Notes: a model not told the origin generated them from the sequence alone. A stretch of 64,000 nucleotides of DNA from Candidatus Omnitrophota bacterium (GCA_003154195.1 PMCS01000008.1:79366-143365); one strand, 5' to 3'; counted from the stretch's first letter, positions 46,886-56,983 are shown. A program made the numbers and translations.

Positions 46886-47589
46886 TCGCTGGCAAGATTT
46901 TTTTCGACGAATTCGATGATCGTATTCTGCTGTTCATTACTATTATTATAAAACTCAAGCCCCATCCCGGGAAATTCCAGAGGCTGGATGCTTTCATCGG
47001 TGACCCAGACGACTTTGGCCTCGGCATCAATAACCGGAGGTTTATGCGCGAAATGCATCCGGATGGAAAGCAGGTCGCCAGCCGGAAAAACTTTCGTGCC
47101 GATCATAAAAACTCCAATCGCGCTTAGATTTATAATATTACCCTTGAAAAAATCCTGGGAGGAAAATTTAAGCTTGTACTCAATAACGCTGTCTATTTCC
47201 AGCCTCTTGAATTTTCTTCGCAACTTTTTTTTGAGAGACCCGGGCGATTCTTTATCTTCACGAAGGCTGGAAAATGCCTCGTCTTCGCTATTATAGTATT
47301 CGAGTACCCGGTCAAGGCCGACTACAGAAAATAATCTTACGACATGGCCCGGTAAGTTATAAAGCTTCATTTTTCCGCCGTGGTTGAGCACATTCTTGTA
47401 AGCAACGGCAATCAGGGAGATACCGACATAATCCACTAAGTTGATACCGGCAAAATTACACAAAATGTCTTTGGATTTATTGGCGACCGACCAGCCCACG
47501 GCCTCGACAAACTCCGAAGCATTAATATCGATATTCCCCTCGGGGACAATAATAACCGCGCCTTCTCTTTCGCTTACGGTGATTTTCAT
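46876..47589 (-). CDS. STAS (anti-sigma-factor antagonist) plus PilZ fusion protein
   Basis: N-terminal SpoIIAA-like STAS (MKITVSEREGAVIIVPEGNID...YNLPGHVVRLFSVVGLDRVLEYY). C-terminal PilZ with RRKFKR (RxxxR) and NLSAIGVF (D/NxSxxG). The stop codon lies inside the family-3 element tail TCATTAGA. Confidence 0.7.
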   Translation of the reverse strand: MKITVSEREGAVIIVPEGNIDINASEFVEAVGWSVANKSKDILCNFAGINLVDYVGISLIAVAYKNVLNHGGKMKLYNLPGHVVRLFSVVGLDRVLEYYNSEDEAFSSLREDKESPGSLKKKLRRKFKRLEIDSVIEYKLKFSSQDFFKGNIINLSAIGVFMIGTKVFPAGDLLSIRMHFAHKPPVIDAEAKVVWVTDESIQPLEFPGMGLEFYNNSNEQQNTIIEFVEKNLASDDI

Positions 47590-48005
47590 TTCATTAAAAA
47601 AGAAAGAAAAAATAAAAGAGCAACGATTCCTACGCCGATAATTACCGCATCGCCCAGATTTATCTTCTTTTTGCTTCCGCTAACCACCCTGTCGGCGGCT
47701 GCCCCCTTAAGCGCAGAGTTTTCCGGCCCGGAAACCGCCGAACCTTGGGGAAGAATATCTGCCCGGGCGATTTCTTTATCCTTGGCCGGAGCGCTTACCG
47801 CCGCCGGGACAAACCCGTCATTGACCGCGCCGCTTTCTACGGCGGGGCTACTTTGCGCGTCAGCAAATTCATCCATCAACTGCCCGAGAAATTTACGGCA
47901 ATCGTTGCACACACAAAGATGCTCCTCAACAGCAGCCTGCTCTTCTTTAGGGGCAGTATGTTTTATATACGCCGGGATAATCTTTTTTATGCCTTCACAA
48001 TCCAT
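47586..48005 (-). CDS. zinc-finger (ZAS, HxxxCxxC) anti-sigma factor with C-terminal TM helix
   Basis: MDCEG...EEHLCVCNDCRKF, a linker, then the helix VIIGVGIVALLFFLSFLM. Overlaps the STAS-PilZ gene by 4 bp (ATGA). Confidence 0.65.
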   Translation of the reverse strand: MDCEGIKKIIPAYIKHTAPKEEQAAVEEHLCVCNDCRKFLGQLMDEFADAQSSPAVESGAVNDGFVPAAVSAPAKDKEIARADILPQGSAVSGPENSALKGAAADRVVSGSKKKINLGDAVIIGVGIVALLFFLSFLMK

Positions 48006-48021
48006 GGGGAAGCCTCAGAAA

Positions 48022-48103
48022 CCCTTCGCTTCGCTCAGGGTTAATTCGACTACGGCCTCACTCTACGCCCTTCGGGCTTGATTTCGGCCAAGTCTCATTA
48101 AAT
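48022..48103. repeat. family-3 element (GGTAATTCGACTACCGCCTC...GGCGAAGTCTCATTAAAT)
   Basis: cccttcgcttcgctcagggttaattcgactacggcctcactctacgcccttcgggcttgatttcggccaagtctcattaaat. Confidence 0.8.
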
Positions 48104-48170
48104 AAAAAAGGGGTAGAATTCAGTTTATTTCTGAAATTCCACCCCTCCTTTCCGCTTATTGAGCGGTAAA

Positions 48171-48335
48171 TCAGCTTTTTTTCTTTTTGGCGTTGAGCCT
48201 TCTTTCCTGAGAAGGCTTAGTGTAATACTGCCGGTCTTTGCACTCTTTTAAAATACCCTCGCGCTTACACTGCATCTTGAACACCCGCAATGCTTTTTCA
48301 AAATCTTCTCTTTTTTCGATTTTAACCTCGGCCAT
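48171..48335 (-). CDS. rpsU: 30S ribosomal protein S21
   Basis: Translates to MAEVKIEKREDFEKALRVFKMQCKREGILKECKDRQYYTKPSQERRLNAKKKKS (54 aa). AAGGAGGG Shine-Dalgarno 5 nt upstream. Absent from the ORF track (below 60 aa). Confidence 0.8.
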   Translation of the reverse strand: MAEVKIEKREDFEKALRVFKMQCKREGILKECKDRQYYTKPSQERRLNAKKKKS

Positions 48336-48418
48336 TGTCCCTCCTTAAATTATGCTAACTTTTTTTATTATAGCATATTTTCAAAATACCGCAAGCGGCT
48401 TTTCCGGATTAGTTGAAT

Positions 48419-50323
48419 CTATTGGATAAATTTAGTCTTTGACTCTCGAATCTGAATCTCGATGGCCATGATTTTATCATCGAGATCCTTTACGATAAGC
48501 TGGTAATAGCGCACAATATCCTCGCCATGCCGGGGGTTATCGACGATGCGCTGCTTAGCCCCTTTTTCAATCTCGAGTTTTTCTTTTTGCTTACGCAAAC
48601 TCTTTATCTTCTTTGCCAATTTCGCATTATGCTCTTCTTTATCCGTCCCCACGGTATTCTCAGCCGCCGGATTTAAGACTTGGCTGGCTTGCCCTTCTCC
48701 GGTTTTTTTGCCCGAAGCAGTTTTCGTTTTACCCTGCGTAAACGTCTGGCTCTTTTCAAGATAATAATCGAACCTACCCGGATACTTGCGCACCTGGCCG
48801 TCTTTTACTTCATATACACCATTGGCCAGCGACCGGACAAAATGGATATCATGGCTGATAAAAACAATCGTCCCCTCATAATCATTAAGCGCTTTTATCA
48901 AGGCCTCTACGGCATCAACGTCTAAATGCGTAGTCGGCTCATCCAGGAGTAAAAAATTCGGCGGGTTAATCAAAAGTTTCGCCAGAATCAACCGGCTCTT
49001 TTCCCCGCCGGAAAGAACTTTAACCTTCTTTTCCACATCGTCGCCCCGGAATAAAAATGCGCCTAAAATCGTGCGTAAATTTTCCGGGGGAAGCCGGCCG
49101 CCGGCGGCGGAATACGCTTCTTCCAGCACGGTATTATCGAAATTTAAAACATCCAGACGGGCTTGGGAAAAATAACCGATATCCACATTAACCCCGACGA
49201 CACGCTGGCCGGAATCAACAGGGATAACCCCGGCGAGAATCTTGAGCAGTGTGGACTTACCCGCGCCGTTTTCTCCCGCCAGTACGGCTTTTTCGCCGCG
49301 GCTGATCTCGAAATCGAAATCTTTGTAAACCGGCAAATCGCCGTAGGCCTTAGACATCTTATTTAATTTTATCACGTTATAGCCACTTTGTTTAGTCGCG
49401 GGGAACTTAAAGCTTTTGATGCTTTCACGGTAATCGGCCGGCACGATGATTTCTTCCATCATCTCCAGCTGCTTTTTCTTGGCGCGCACCTGGCTGGCCT
49501 TATTCGGTTGGGCGTGGAACCGGTCGACAAACTCCTGCAACTGCTTGCGCCGTTTTTCCTGTTCGCTGTGCTGGCGCAACAGGAAATCCCTTTTTTGATC
49601 CTGTAATTTATAGTATTCTTCGTAGTTGCCCTTGACCTTGCTGATAACACCGTTTTCCAAAACCAGCGTATAATTGGTAACATCATCGAGAAAATCGCGG
49701 TCGTGAGAAATTATAATAAAAGTGCCCTTATAATCCGCTAAATAATCCTTAAACCACAGCGCGGCGGATAAATCGAGGTAATTGGTAGGTTCATCCAACA
49801 AAAGTAAATCGTATTCAAAAGTCAAAAGGCGCGCCAGGAGCGTGCGCATCTGCCAACCGCCGGAAAGTTCAAGGATCGGCCGGCTAAAATCTCTCTGCTT
49901 AAAACCCAGGCCGGCTAAAATCTGCTTAGCCTTATACTCAAGCTGGGAATAGCCCAAACGGTCAAGCTCATGGATAATATCGGCGTAGCGGTGGCTTCCC
50001 GCCTGGCCCAACGCCTCAAGCTCTTCCTTTTCTTTCTTCAGGCGCATCATCGCCGGGTCACCCTCGGTAAGCTCCTGCAGCACCGTATGCGCCGACGCGA
50101 AACTTGATTCTTGCGCCAAATATCCGATACGGATATTTTTATATATCTGGACGCTCCCGTCGCTCGCCTCGGATTCGTCTAAAATAATACGAAACAAAGT
50201 AGATTTCCCCGCGCCGTTAGGCCCGACCAGTCCGACCTTCTCCCCCCGGCTGATATTAAGGGAAACCCGGGAGAATAAACTCCGGTCGCCGAAAGATTTA
50301 GATAAATTATTTATTGAAAGCAT
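48419..50323 (-). CDS. ABC-F family ATPase (Uup/EttA/YheS-like)
   Basis: Two ABC cassettes (GPNGAGKST / GENGAGKST with LSGG signatures) separated by a linker. A basic C-terminal tail. No TM domain. Confidence 0.9.
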   Translation of the reverse strand: MLSINNLSKSFGDRSLFSRVSLNISRGEKVGLVGPNGAGKSTLFRIILDESEASDGSVQIYKNIRIGYLAQESSFASAHTVLQELTEGDPAMMRLKKEKEELEALGQAGSHRYADIIHELDRLGYSQLEYKAKQILAGLGFKQRDFSRPILELSGGWQMRTLLARLLTFEYDLLLLDEPTNYLDLSAALWFKDYLADYKGTFIIISHDRDFLDDVTNYTLVLENGVISKVKGNYEEYYKLQDQKRDFLLRQHSEQEKRRKQLQEFVDRFHAQPNKASQVRAKKKQLEMMEEIIVPADYRESIKSFKFPATKQSGYNVIKLNKMSKAYGDLPVYKDFDFEISRGEKAVLAGENGAGKSTLLKILAGVIPVDSGQRVVGVNVDIGYFSQARLDVLNFDNTVLEEAYSAAGGRLPPENLRTILGAFLFRGDDVEKKVKVLSGGEKSRLILAKLLINPPNFLLLDEPTTHLDVDAVEALIKALNDYEGTIVFISHDIHFVRSLANGVYEVKDGQVRKYPGRFDYYLEKSQTFTQGKTKTASGKKTGEGQASQVLNPAAENTVGTDKEEHNAKLAKKIKSLRKQKEKLEIEKGAKQRIVDNPRHGEDIVRYYQLIVKDLDDKIMAIEIQIRESKTKFIQ

Positions 50324-50392
50324 AGGCAGATATTATAACAAAATAAGGTTGTTTTGGTAGGCTTTTCAATAAATCAGAAAATACATATTTTA

Positions 50393-51382
50393 TCAAACTT
50401 TCATCCGCCAGCAATTGTGGATATTTTTGTTACGATAGTCTTCGGGAATGGTTTTAGGGGTTAATTTTACGATATCTTTTACCGGCAGGCCTTCAAACTG
50501 CGGCTCGAACCGCTGGTGGTTGGCCGAAAAGAATAAATCAGAGCCGGGGCGCATGATCATTAAAACATCGCGCAACAGCTGCGGATGGTCGCGGTTAATA
50601 TCAAACGCCGCCTGTTCCCGGCTATCTTTATAAAAAGAAGGCGGATCGACAAACGCCAGGTCAAAACGCTCATTTTTACGATACGCTTGCGCCAGATAGC
50701 TCATCGCGTCCGCCTGAATCAGTTTATGCTTTGGCGCCCATAAACCGTTTAGTATCAAATTATCCTTCGCCCAATCGATATAAGTTGACGAACGGTCGAC
50801 CGTTACCGTAGTTTTAGCCCCGGCGGCGGCCGCGCAGGTAAACGCGCCGGTGTAGCCGAATAAATTCAGGAAATCTTTCCCCGGGGCGATCCCGGCGACA
50901 AGCACGCGCGTATCGCGATGGTCGGAGTACAACCCCGTATCGATAAAATCGTCTAAATTTACCCAGAAACGCAGATTACGCTCACGAACTTCGAAGCGTT
51001 CGCCGCGCGAATCGATTTTTTCATAACGCGGCCCATCCGCGACATTGGTATGCCGGCGTTTTAAATGGATTTTTTCCGGGGGCACGCCTAAAGCCCGGGC
51101 CGCGGCATTAGCCATTTGCGGCAGGTACTCTAAACTAGTCTGTATCCGCTCATACTCAGCGACCACGAGATGCCCCGCGTACCAATCGACAACGACGCGG
51201 ATATCCGGGCTGTCCCAATCGTAAAGCCGGAAACAATCGATGGACTGACGTTTAAATCTTTTACAAAAATGTCGAAATCTCTTTGCGACACTATTGGCTA
51301 AAACTTCTGCCTGGATTTTCGCCTTTTCCTGAGTCACGAAGCCTCTTGGTCTTATGTTTTGTTTTATTATTTTTTGAATCAT
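50393..51382 (-). CDS. rlmK: 23S rRNA m7G2069 methyltransferase RlmK-like (stand-alone)
   Basis: RLYDWDSPDIRVVVDWYAGHLVV, KDFLNLFGYTG, FDLAFVDPPSF and IHNCW closely match the RlmK domain of E. coli RlmKL. Confidence 0.8.
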   Translation of the reverse strand: MIQKIIKQNIRPRGFVTQEKAKIQAEVLANSVAKRFRHFCKRFKRQSIDCFRLYDWDSPDIRVVVDWYAGHLVVAEYERIQTSLEYLPQMANAAARALGVPPEKIHLKRRHTNVADGPRYEKIDSRGERFEVRERNLRFWVNLDDFIDTGLYSDHRDTRVLVAGIAPGKDFLNLFGYTGAFTCAAAAGAKTTVTVDRSSTYIDWAKDNLILNGLWAPKHKLIQADAMSYLAQAYRKNERFDLAFVDPPSFYKDSREQAAFDINRDHPQLLRDVLMIMRPGSDLFFSANHQRFEPQFEGLPVKDIVKLTPKTIPEDYRNKNIHNCWRMKV

Positions 51383-51486
51383 AGGTACAATGCCTCCGGC
51401 GGTGCCCTGCGGGCGGCGTGTGCTATATGGCGGATTGGTTTTGCGCTTTATAGGTGGAAAAGAAAAAAATAAAACTTAAACTAAAT

Positions 51487-51807
51487 TCAATTACTTATTT
51501 TTTTACGCTTGCTCGATTTTTTACCCATCAATTTCTCTTTCTGCTTACGCTTCAATCGCTTAATCCTTATCTCTTCCAAAAACGCGTTTTTAAAATAGCG
51601 GTATTTCTTGCACCACGCTAATTTCACCGGCAGACGGGTTCGCGTATATTTTGCGCCCTTGCCGGCGCGATGTTTGGCGACTCTTTGTTTTAGATTCGGC
51701 GTATAACCGGTATAGTAAGTATTATCGCAGCAACGCAGGATATATACCCAGAATTTGCCGTAACGCTTTAGCTTTTTCCGCTTTTTTTTAATCTTTTTAT
51801 CGCACAC
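51487..51807 (-). CDS. GIY-YIG nuclease family protein (UPF0213)
   Basis: [38 protein letters not shown] is a GIY-YIG motif. Lys-rich tails. Confidence 0.7.
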   Translation of the reverse strand: MCDKKIKKKRKKLKRYGKFWVYILRCCDNTYYTGYTPNLKQRVAKHRAGKGAKYTRTRLPVKLAWCKKYRYFKNAFLEEIRIKRLKRKQKEKLMGKKSSKRKKISN

Positions 51808-51862
51808 AGGATATTATGGCAAATCGACAACTTTTATTTTATTTTCCATGGCAGGTATAATT

Positions 51863-52444
51863 TTATCGAAAAATCGCTAAAATTCCAAACAAAATGAATA
51901 TTCCGGCGGATGCTATTTTGATTGCCTTTTCCGGCAGTCTCTTATGAGCGGCAATGCCAATAGCTATCGCTAAACCGTCGGCAAGGACCATCCCCATGGT
52001 CGAGCCCAGCCATACGCCGATAAAATCAATCAACGAATGGTATTGCGCCGCCAGGGATATCGTGGCCAGTTGAGTCTTATCGCCAAGTTCCGCCAAAAAA
52101 AACGCGATTGCCACCGTCATAATCGGGCCGAATTTAGCCTTGCCCTTAGCAGCATCATCGTTTTTGTCGCCCCTGAGCGTCCAGATGCCGAAACCGATAA
52201 AAGAAATCCCGATGATTATTTTTAAATAATTTAAAGGGATAATACCGTTAACAAAAACACCGATCCCGGCAGAGAATAAATGTACCAGCGCCGTAGCGAT
52301 AAAAACACCAGCGATGACTTTTGACGGTTTATATTTCGTGGCAAAGGAAAGCGCGACCAACTGGGTCTTATCGCCCATCTCGGCAACGGCAATTAATAAA
52401 AAAGAAGAGAAAAAACTAAACATAACCCTCCAGTTTAGACCCAC
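51863..52444 (-). CDS. UPF0016/GDT1 family cation (Mn2+/Ca2+) transporter
   Basis: Two E-x-G-D-K-T-Q motifs (EMGDKTQ, ELGDKTQ) in a duplicated 3-TM architecture. Confidence 0.8.
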   Translation of the reverse strand: MGLNWRVMFSFFSSFLLIAVAEMGDKTQLVALSFATKYKPSKVIAGVFIATALVHLFSAGIGVFVNGIIPLNYLKIIIGISFIGFGIWTLRGDKNDDAAKGKAKFGPIMTVAIAFFLAELGDKTQLATISLAAQYHSLIDFIGVWLGSTMGMVLADGLAIAIGIAAHKRLPEKAIKIASAGIFILFGILAIFR

Positions 52445-52494
52445 ATACCCTCAGAAAGCAGTGAATTACCACCTACAAAGTCGGTGGTTTAGTA

Positions 52495-53232
52495 TTACCC
52501 CAGCGTCTCCCTAAACCACCCCTGTATCAACCCCATCATTTCGCCGTAATATTCCTTTACCAGATACTCGGCGTGCGGCCCGTTTTTCAAGATAACAATC
52601 TTCTTGAATGACGGCGTAGCATCATGCAAAGCTTGAGAATGCCAGGATTTTACCACCCAATCTTTATCACCATGGATATAGAGCACCGGTATTTTAAATT
52701 TTCCTATTGAATCGAGCGGCCTGTTTTTCTTCAGCCAAAACGGCCCGGGGCGCACACCCTTGCCGGTTCTTCCTTCTTTACTTATTAAGGTATAAACAAC
52801 ATCGTTTTTCCAATCCAGTTCAAACAATCGGTAATCTATTTTATTAAAATCTGAGGGGCCGCTCACGCTTATTAGAGAAGCGATACCTCCCTCAGCGGCA
52901 ATCGCATTAATGATGATGCCGGCGCCCAAGGAAAATGCCGTCACGCCGATGCTTTTATAGCGCGGCCTCAAATATTCGAGGACAGCCCTAAAATCCTGCT
53001 CTTCTTTACTCGTCCACCAGAATAAACCGCTTGACTGGCCATGGCCGCGCCAATCAAACATAAACACATCGTACTCGTCAAACAAGCCTCGCGCGAGTTT
53101 CTGTAAAAGGACGGAATCCTTGCTGTTATAAAAACCATGTGCGATCACAACGACTTTGTCGTGACCGCCGATATGGTGGCAATAAGAAATATTACACTTA
53201 TCAAACGTCAGCAAAACGCCGCGCGACCACAT
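52495..53232 (-). CDS. alpha/beta hydrolase
   Basis: HGFYNSKD... and nucleophile elbow AFSLGAG. Confidence 0.65.
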   Translation of the reverse strand: MWSRGVLLTFDKCNISYCHHIGGHDKVVVIAHGFYNSKDSVLLQKLARGLFDEYDVFMFDWRGHGQSSGLFWWTSKEEQDFRAVLEYLRPRYKSIGVTAFSLGAGIIINAIAAEGGIASLISVSGPSDFNKIDYRLFELDWKNDVVYTLISKEGRTGKGVRPGPFWLKKNRPLDSIGKFKIPVLYIHGDKDWVVKSWHSQALHDATPSFKKIVILKNGPHAEYLVKEYYGEMMGLIQGWFRETLG

Positions 53233-53306
53233 TAGGCTATCTCTCCCTTAAAATTGTATTGCTTTTATGCCAACGGAAAAGAAAACACGGGGTATTATTT
53301 TCCAGA

Positions 53307-53516
53307 TTACCGGGGTAAATGTTTATTCTCGTGAGCGCTGCTAAGGGGAAGTTTATCTAAAATCTCCCGCTCTAAGCTGATAAGCAGATGAGCCCTACCC
53401 CAGCGAAGCTGTACCTCAGGGGTAAGGCTGTCGAGTTTTTCTCGGGCAAGCTTTTGCGCGTAACGCAACCGCTCGGTTTCATTTTTGAATTTAGGAATTT
53501 TTTCTTTCTTTTTCAT
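53307..53516 (-). CDS. small Lys-rich hypothetical protein
   Basis: 69-aa ORF. A perfect 16-bp-stem hairpin lies 5 nt from its ATG and leaves no room for a Shine-Dalgarno sequence, so the gene is uncertain. Confidence 0.3.
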   Translation of the reverse strand: MKKKEKIPKFKNETERLRYAQKLAREKLDSLTPEVQLRWGRAHLLISLEREILDKLPLSSAHENKHLPR

Positions 53517-53520
53517 AATA

Positions 53521-53562
53521 TAATTTTAAAGGCCGGTAAAAACTTCCCGGCCTTTAAAATTA
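53521..53562. terminator. perfect 16-bp-stem hairpin (bidirectional terminator candidate)
   Basis: taattttaaaggccgg taaaaacttc ccggcctttaaaatta, downstream of the MBL-fold gene. Confidence 0.55.
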
Positions 53563-53587
53563 TATATGCTTTTTTGCTTTTTTCAAG

Positions 53588-54445
53588 TCAGATTTTTTCC
53601 GCATAAATACTTACTTTTTTTGTTTTAATATGCATAGCGCCTTCTACATCCGCCTCAATAGTGATAATACCGTCGGTATCCGTACGAAGCAAGCGGCAGC
53701 CGGATGCTTTTAAGCGCGCAAGCGTTTGTATATCCGGATACTGAGGTCGCGCTGATTCATTGACGCTCATAACGGCGATCTCAGGCTCCACGCGTTTAAG
53801 AAAATCGGCGCTGCAGGTATCCTTGCCGCCATGATGCCCGACTTTTAAAACATCCGACGACAACCGCTTGTATTTTTCCATGATAGCGCGTTCTACCGTA
53901 ACATCCGCATCGGCCATACAAAGGCACGCAAATTTTCCCCATTTCAAACGTACAACTATAGAACCCGGATTAGCGCAGCCTTCATCGCCGGAAGGCGGCC
54001 ATAACACATCAAAACGCACGCCGCCTATCGCAAACACCCTGCCCTGCGCAAGCGGTTTATATCCTACATACCTGCGCACCAATCTCGTATACGAGCGGTA
54101 AAAATCATCATCGATAGCGTCCACATCGCACCCGTTATCGTACACCGCTGCAACATCCATTTGGCGTAAAATAAAAAATACGCCGCCGGCATGATCGGCA
54201 TGTGGATGCGTAATGACCAGAGCATCCAGTTTACGGATACCGGCGTTATTAAGGTACCGCAAAACATTCCACCCGCTGGCCAGATCGCCGGCATCAATAA
54301 GCACGGTTTTATTACCGGGCGTGCGCACTACACAGGAATCGCCCTGGCCGACATCCAAAAAAGTCACCGACAAGGTATCTCCCGCGTAACATAGCGGCAG
54401 TGAAACCATCAAAATAAAAAAAATAATATATTTTGCCGTCGTCAT
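53588..54445 (-). CDS. secreted MBL-fold metallohydrolase (ComEC C-terminal-domain-like)
   Basis: Signal peptide MTTAKYIIFFILMVSLPLCYA, then VTFLDVGQGDSCVV...LDALVITHPHADHAGG. The ORF track extends to 54529; the ATG at 54445 is preferred. Confidence 0.7.
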   Translation of the reverse strand: MTTAKYIIFFILMVSLPLCYAGDTLSVTFLDVGQGDSCVVRTPGNKTVLIDAGDLASGWNVLRYLNNAGIRKLDALVITHPHADHAGGVFFILRQMDVAAVYDNGCDVDAIDDDFYRSYTRLVRRYVGYKPLAQGRVFAIGGVRFDVLWPPSGDEGCANPGSIVVRLKWGKFACLCMADADVTVERAIMEKYKRLSSDVLKVGHHGGKDTCSADFLKRVEPEIAVMSVNESARPQYPDIQTLARLKASGCRLLRTDTDGIITIEADVEGAMHIKTKKVSIYAEKI

Positions 54446-54462
54446 AATCAATCCCCAATCCC

Positions 54463-54996
54463 TTATTTTCTGGTTACTGACAGCTGATAACTGGTTACTG
54501 AAAAATATATTACGCCTCCCCACAAACACCCATATATATTAAGCAATACATCGCTCCATTCAAAATACCGATATGGTAAAAATCGCTGGAATCCTTCGTC
54601 AAGCAATCCAAACATAACCGCAAGCGCCAACGCCTGCGCATACCGTTTATACGATTTTGATAAACCGGCAATATCGCGGCATGCCAGCCATGCCAACAAA
54701 CCATATTCATACACGTGCAAGCGCTCTTCGGTAATACGTAAAAAACCGGTCGCGGCAATACCCGCTACCAATACAATACAAGCCGGCAAACACCGGAGAA
54801 TCGATCCGGTATACCGATAAAAAAATCGCACCACCAAAACAAAAGCTGCCGCACATACCAAAAAAACAACTACGACAAATGCTGTTTCGCCAAAATGTTT
54901 TTTAAAAACAAGCATTACCGGCCGGCTAAACGAAGCCGCTGCCACAAAAAAACAGCCCAAAAAAAACGTCAAACGGGAAAGGCCTAGCATAAACAT
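54463..54996 (-). CDS. hypothetical polytopic membrane protein (possibly VanZ-like)
   Basis: 177 aa with 4-5 predicted TM helices. Weak family assignment. Confidence 0.35.
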   Translation of the reverse strand: MFMLGLSRLTFFLGCFFVAAASFSRPVMLVFKKHFGETAFVVVVFLVCAAAFVLVVRFFYRYTGSILRCLPACIVLVAGIAATGFLRITEERLHVYEYGLLAWLACRDIAGLSKSYKRYAQALALAVMFGLLDEGFQRFLPYRYFEWSDVLLNIYGCLWGGVIYFSVTSYQLSVTRK

Positions 54997-55073
54997 CAGA
55001 GCTAAATTATAAGTGATGCGTGATAAATTATTAATTTCTTGTCCATGTCCACCACTGAAAATAACCTAAATAG

Positions 55074-56975
55074 TCATTTCCGAAGGAAATTTTCTTGCGC
55101 TCTTTTTTTACGCGGCAAAGGATGGGATTTACTATGCTCCGGCTGAAAATCTTTGAGTAACCCGGCGGCGCCTAATTTTTGCAGCGCTTCTTTCACGAAT
55201 TGTTTATTTTTAGGATTTCTGTATTGCAGTAAGGCGCGCTGGTATTTACGCTCCTTAAATTCTCTGGCGACATAAACTTTCTGTCCGGTTAAGGGATGTT
55301 TACCGGTATGATACATGCAACTCGCCAGGCACATCGGTAAAGGCATAAAATCCTGGATCTGTTCAGAACTGATGCGCTTTTTCTTAACATAAAGAGCCAA
55401 GGCTAAAGCATCCTTAAGTGTGGCGCCGGGGTGGCCGACAATAAAATAGTTCACCAGAAAACATTTTTTATCCATCTTCTTATTGAAATGTTCGAACTTT
55501 TTTAAAAAATCTTCGTAAATATCCAACCCCGGTTTATTCATCAGAGAAAGAACATCACCGCAAATATGTTCCGGCGCCACCTTCAGGTAACCGCTGATAT
55601 GATGGCGCATGGTTTGCGCTAAATATTCATCGGCATCGCTGTCGGTCAGCAAATCATACCGGAAACCGCTTCCGATAAACACATGTTTTACCCCGGGCAA
55701 CTGTTTGATTTTTTGATACAAGCGTAAACTTTCCTTATAGCCTAGTTTTAGATTTTTGCATTTACGCGGGACAAGGCAATGGTTTTCACAGAAATCGCCG
55801 TTATACCAAAGCGGACAGGACGCATGGTAAAGATTTGCCGTAGGGCCGCCGACATCGGTTATTGTGCCTCTAAAATATGTTTGCCGCGTAAGCCCGGTTA
55901 CTTCCCGCAAAATAGAATTTTCACTGCGCGACTGGACGATCCTCCCCTGGTGCAGCGACAAAGAACAAAAACTGCACTCTCCCGGGCAACCGCGGTGCGA
56001 AACAATAGAAAATCTGACCGTCTCCAGCGCCGGCACGCCTCCCTCCCGGTCATAAACCGGATGCCAGTTGCGCGCATAAGGCAGTTCATAAACTTTATCC
56101 AATTCTTGCGTATTTAAAGGTAATGCCGGGGGAAGCTGGATCACAAAACGGTCGGCGTGTTTTTGTGCCAAGGGCTTAGCGCGGGAAGGGCTTTGCTGAC
56201 GATAAACCAGGCTGAAAGACTGGTTGAATTTATCTTTATCAGCCGCAGTTTCTTCAAAAGACGGTAAAGCGATAAAATCGCTTAAAAAATCAATGGTTCT
56301 ACGGTTAATCACCGTACCCTTTATATCGTTTAAAGAATCAGGCGCTTCGCCTTTATTCAACCGGCCGGCAATTTCCACGATTGGGCGCTCCGCCATGCCA
56401 TAGACTAAAATATCGGCCTTAGCGTCCACAAGAATGGAGCGCCTGGCTTTATCATCCCAATAGTCATAGTGCGCCAACCGGCGCAAACTTGCCTCGATGC
56501 CGCCTAAAACTATCGGGATTTTGCCGAAAATCTGGCGCACTCGATTAGCATAAACGATTAAAGGCCGGTCCGGCCGCTTGCCGGATTTCGCTCCCGGCGA
56601 ATAATCATCCGATTGCCTGGGCTTTTTGTTGGAAGTATAATTGGCGACCATTGAATCCACATTGCCGCTGGTGATACCGAAAAAAAGGCGGGGACGGCCG
56701 AGGGCCTGAAAATCTTTTGTTTCGCGCCAATCCGGTTGGGCGATTATGCCTACTTTATAGCCGGCATTTTCCAAGACCCGGGAAATAACCGCGGCGCCAA
56801 AAGAAGGATGGTCGATATAAGCGTCGCCGGTAATAATAATTATATCGCATTGCTGCCAACGGCGCTGTTTCAGGTCGGATTGGTTGACGGGAAGAAAATC
56901 ACAAGGTAGAGAACTATCACTAACCTTATCGGTGGTTTTAAATACTGCCATAGAACTGGCCGGTGGATTTGACAT
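55074..56975 (-). CDS. ygiQ: YgiQ-family (UPF0313) radical SAM protein
   Basis: DIIIITGDAYIDHPSFGAAVISRVL... and CPGECSFC radical-SAM cysteines. The start is refined to MSNPP at 56975; the ORF track's longer N-terminus reads through a repeat element. Confidence 0.85.
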   Translation of the reverse strand: MSNPPASSMAVFKTTDKVSDSSLPCDFLPVNQSDLKQRRWQQCDIIIITGDAYIDHPSFGAAVISRVLENAGYKVGIIAQPDWRETKDFQALGRPRLFFGITSGNVDSMVANYTSNKKPRQSDDYSPGAKSGKRPDRPLIVYANRVRQIFGKIPIVLGGIEASLRRLAHYDYWDDKARRSILVDAKADILVYGMAERPIVEIAGRLNKGEAPDSLNDIKGTVINRRTIDFLSDFIALPSFEETAADKDKFNQSFSLVYRQQSPSRAKPLAQKHADRFVIQLPPALPLNTQELDKVYELPYARNWHPVYDREGGVPALETVRFSIVSHRGCPGECSFCSLSLHQGRIVQSRSENSILREVTGLTRQTYFRGTITDVGGPTANLYHASCPLWYNGDFCENHCLVPRKCKNLKLGYKESLRLYQKIKQLPGVKHVFIGSGFRYDLLTDSDADEYLAQTMRHHISGYLKVAPEHICGDVLSLMNKPGLDIYEDFLKKFEHFNKKMDKKCFLVNYFIVGHPGATLKDALALALYVKKKRISSEQIQDFMPLPMCLASCMYHTGKHPLTGQKVYVAREFKERKYQRALLQYRNPKNKQFVKEALQKLGAAGLLKDFQPEHSKSHPLPRKKRAQENFLRK

Positions 56976-56983
56976 ACCCATTA

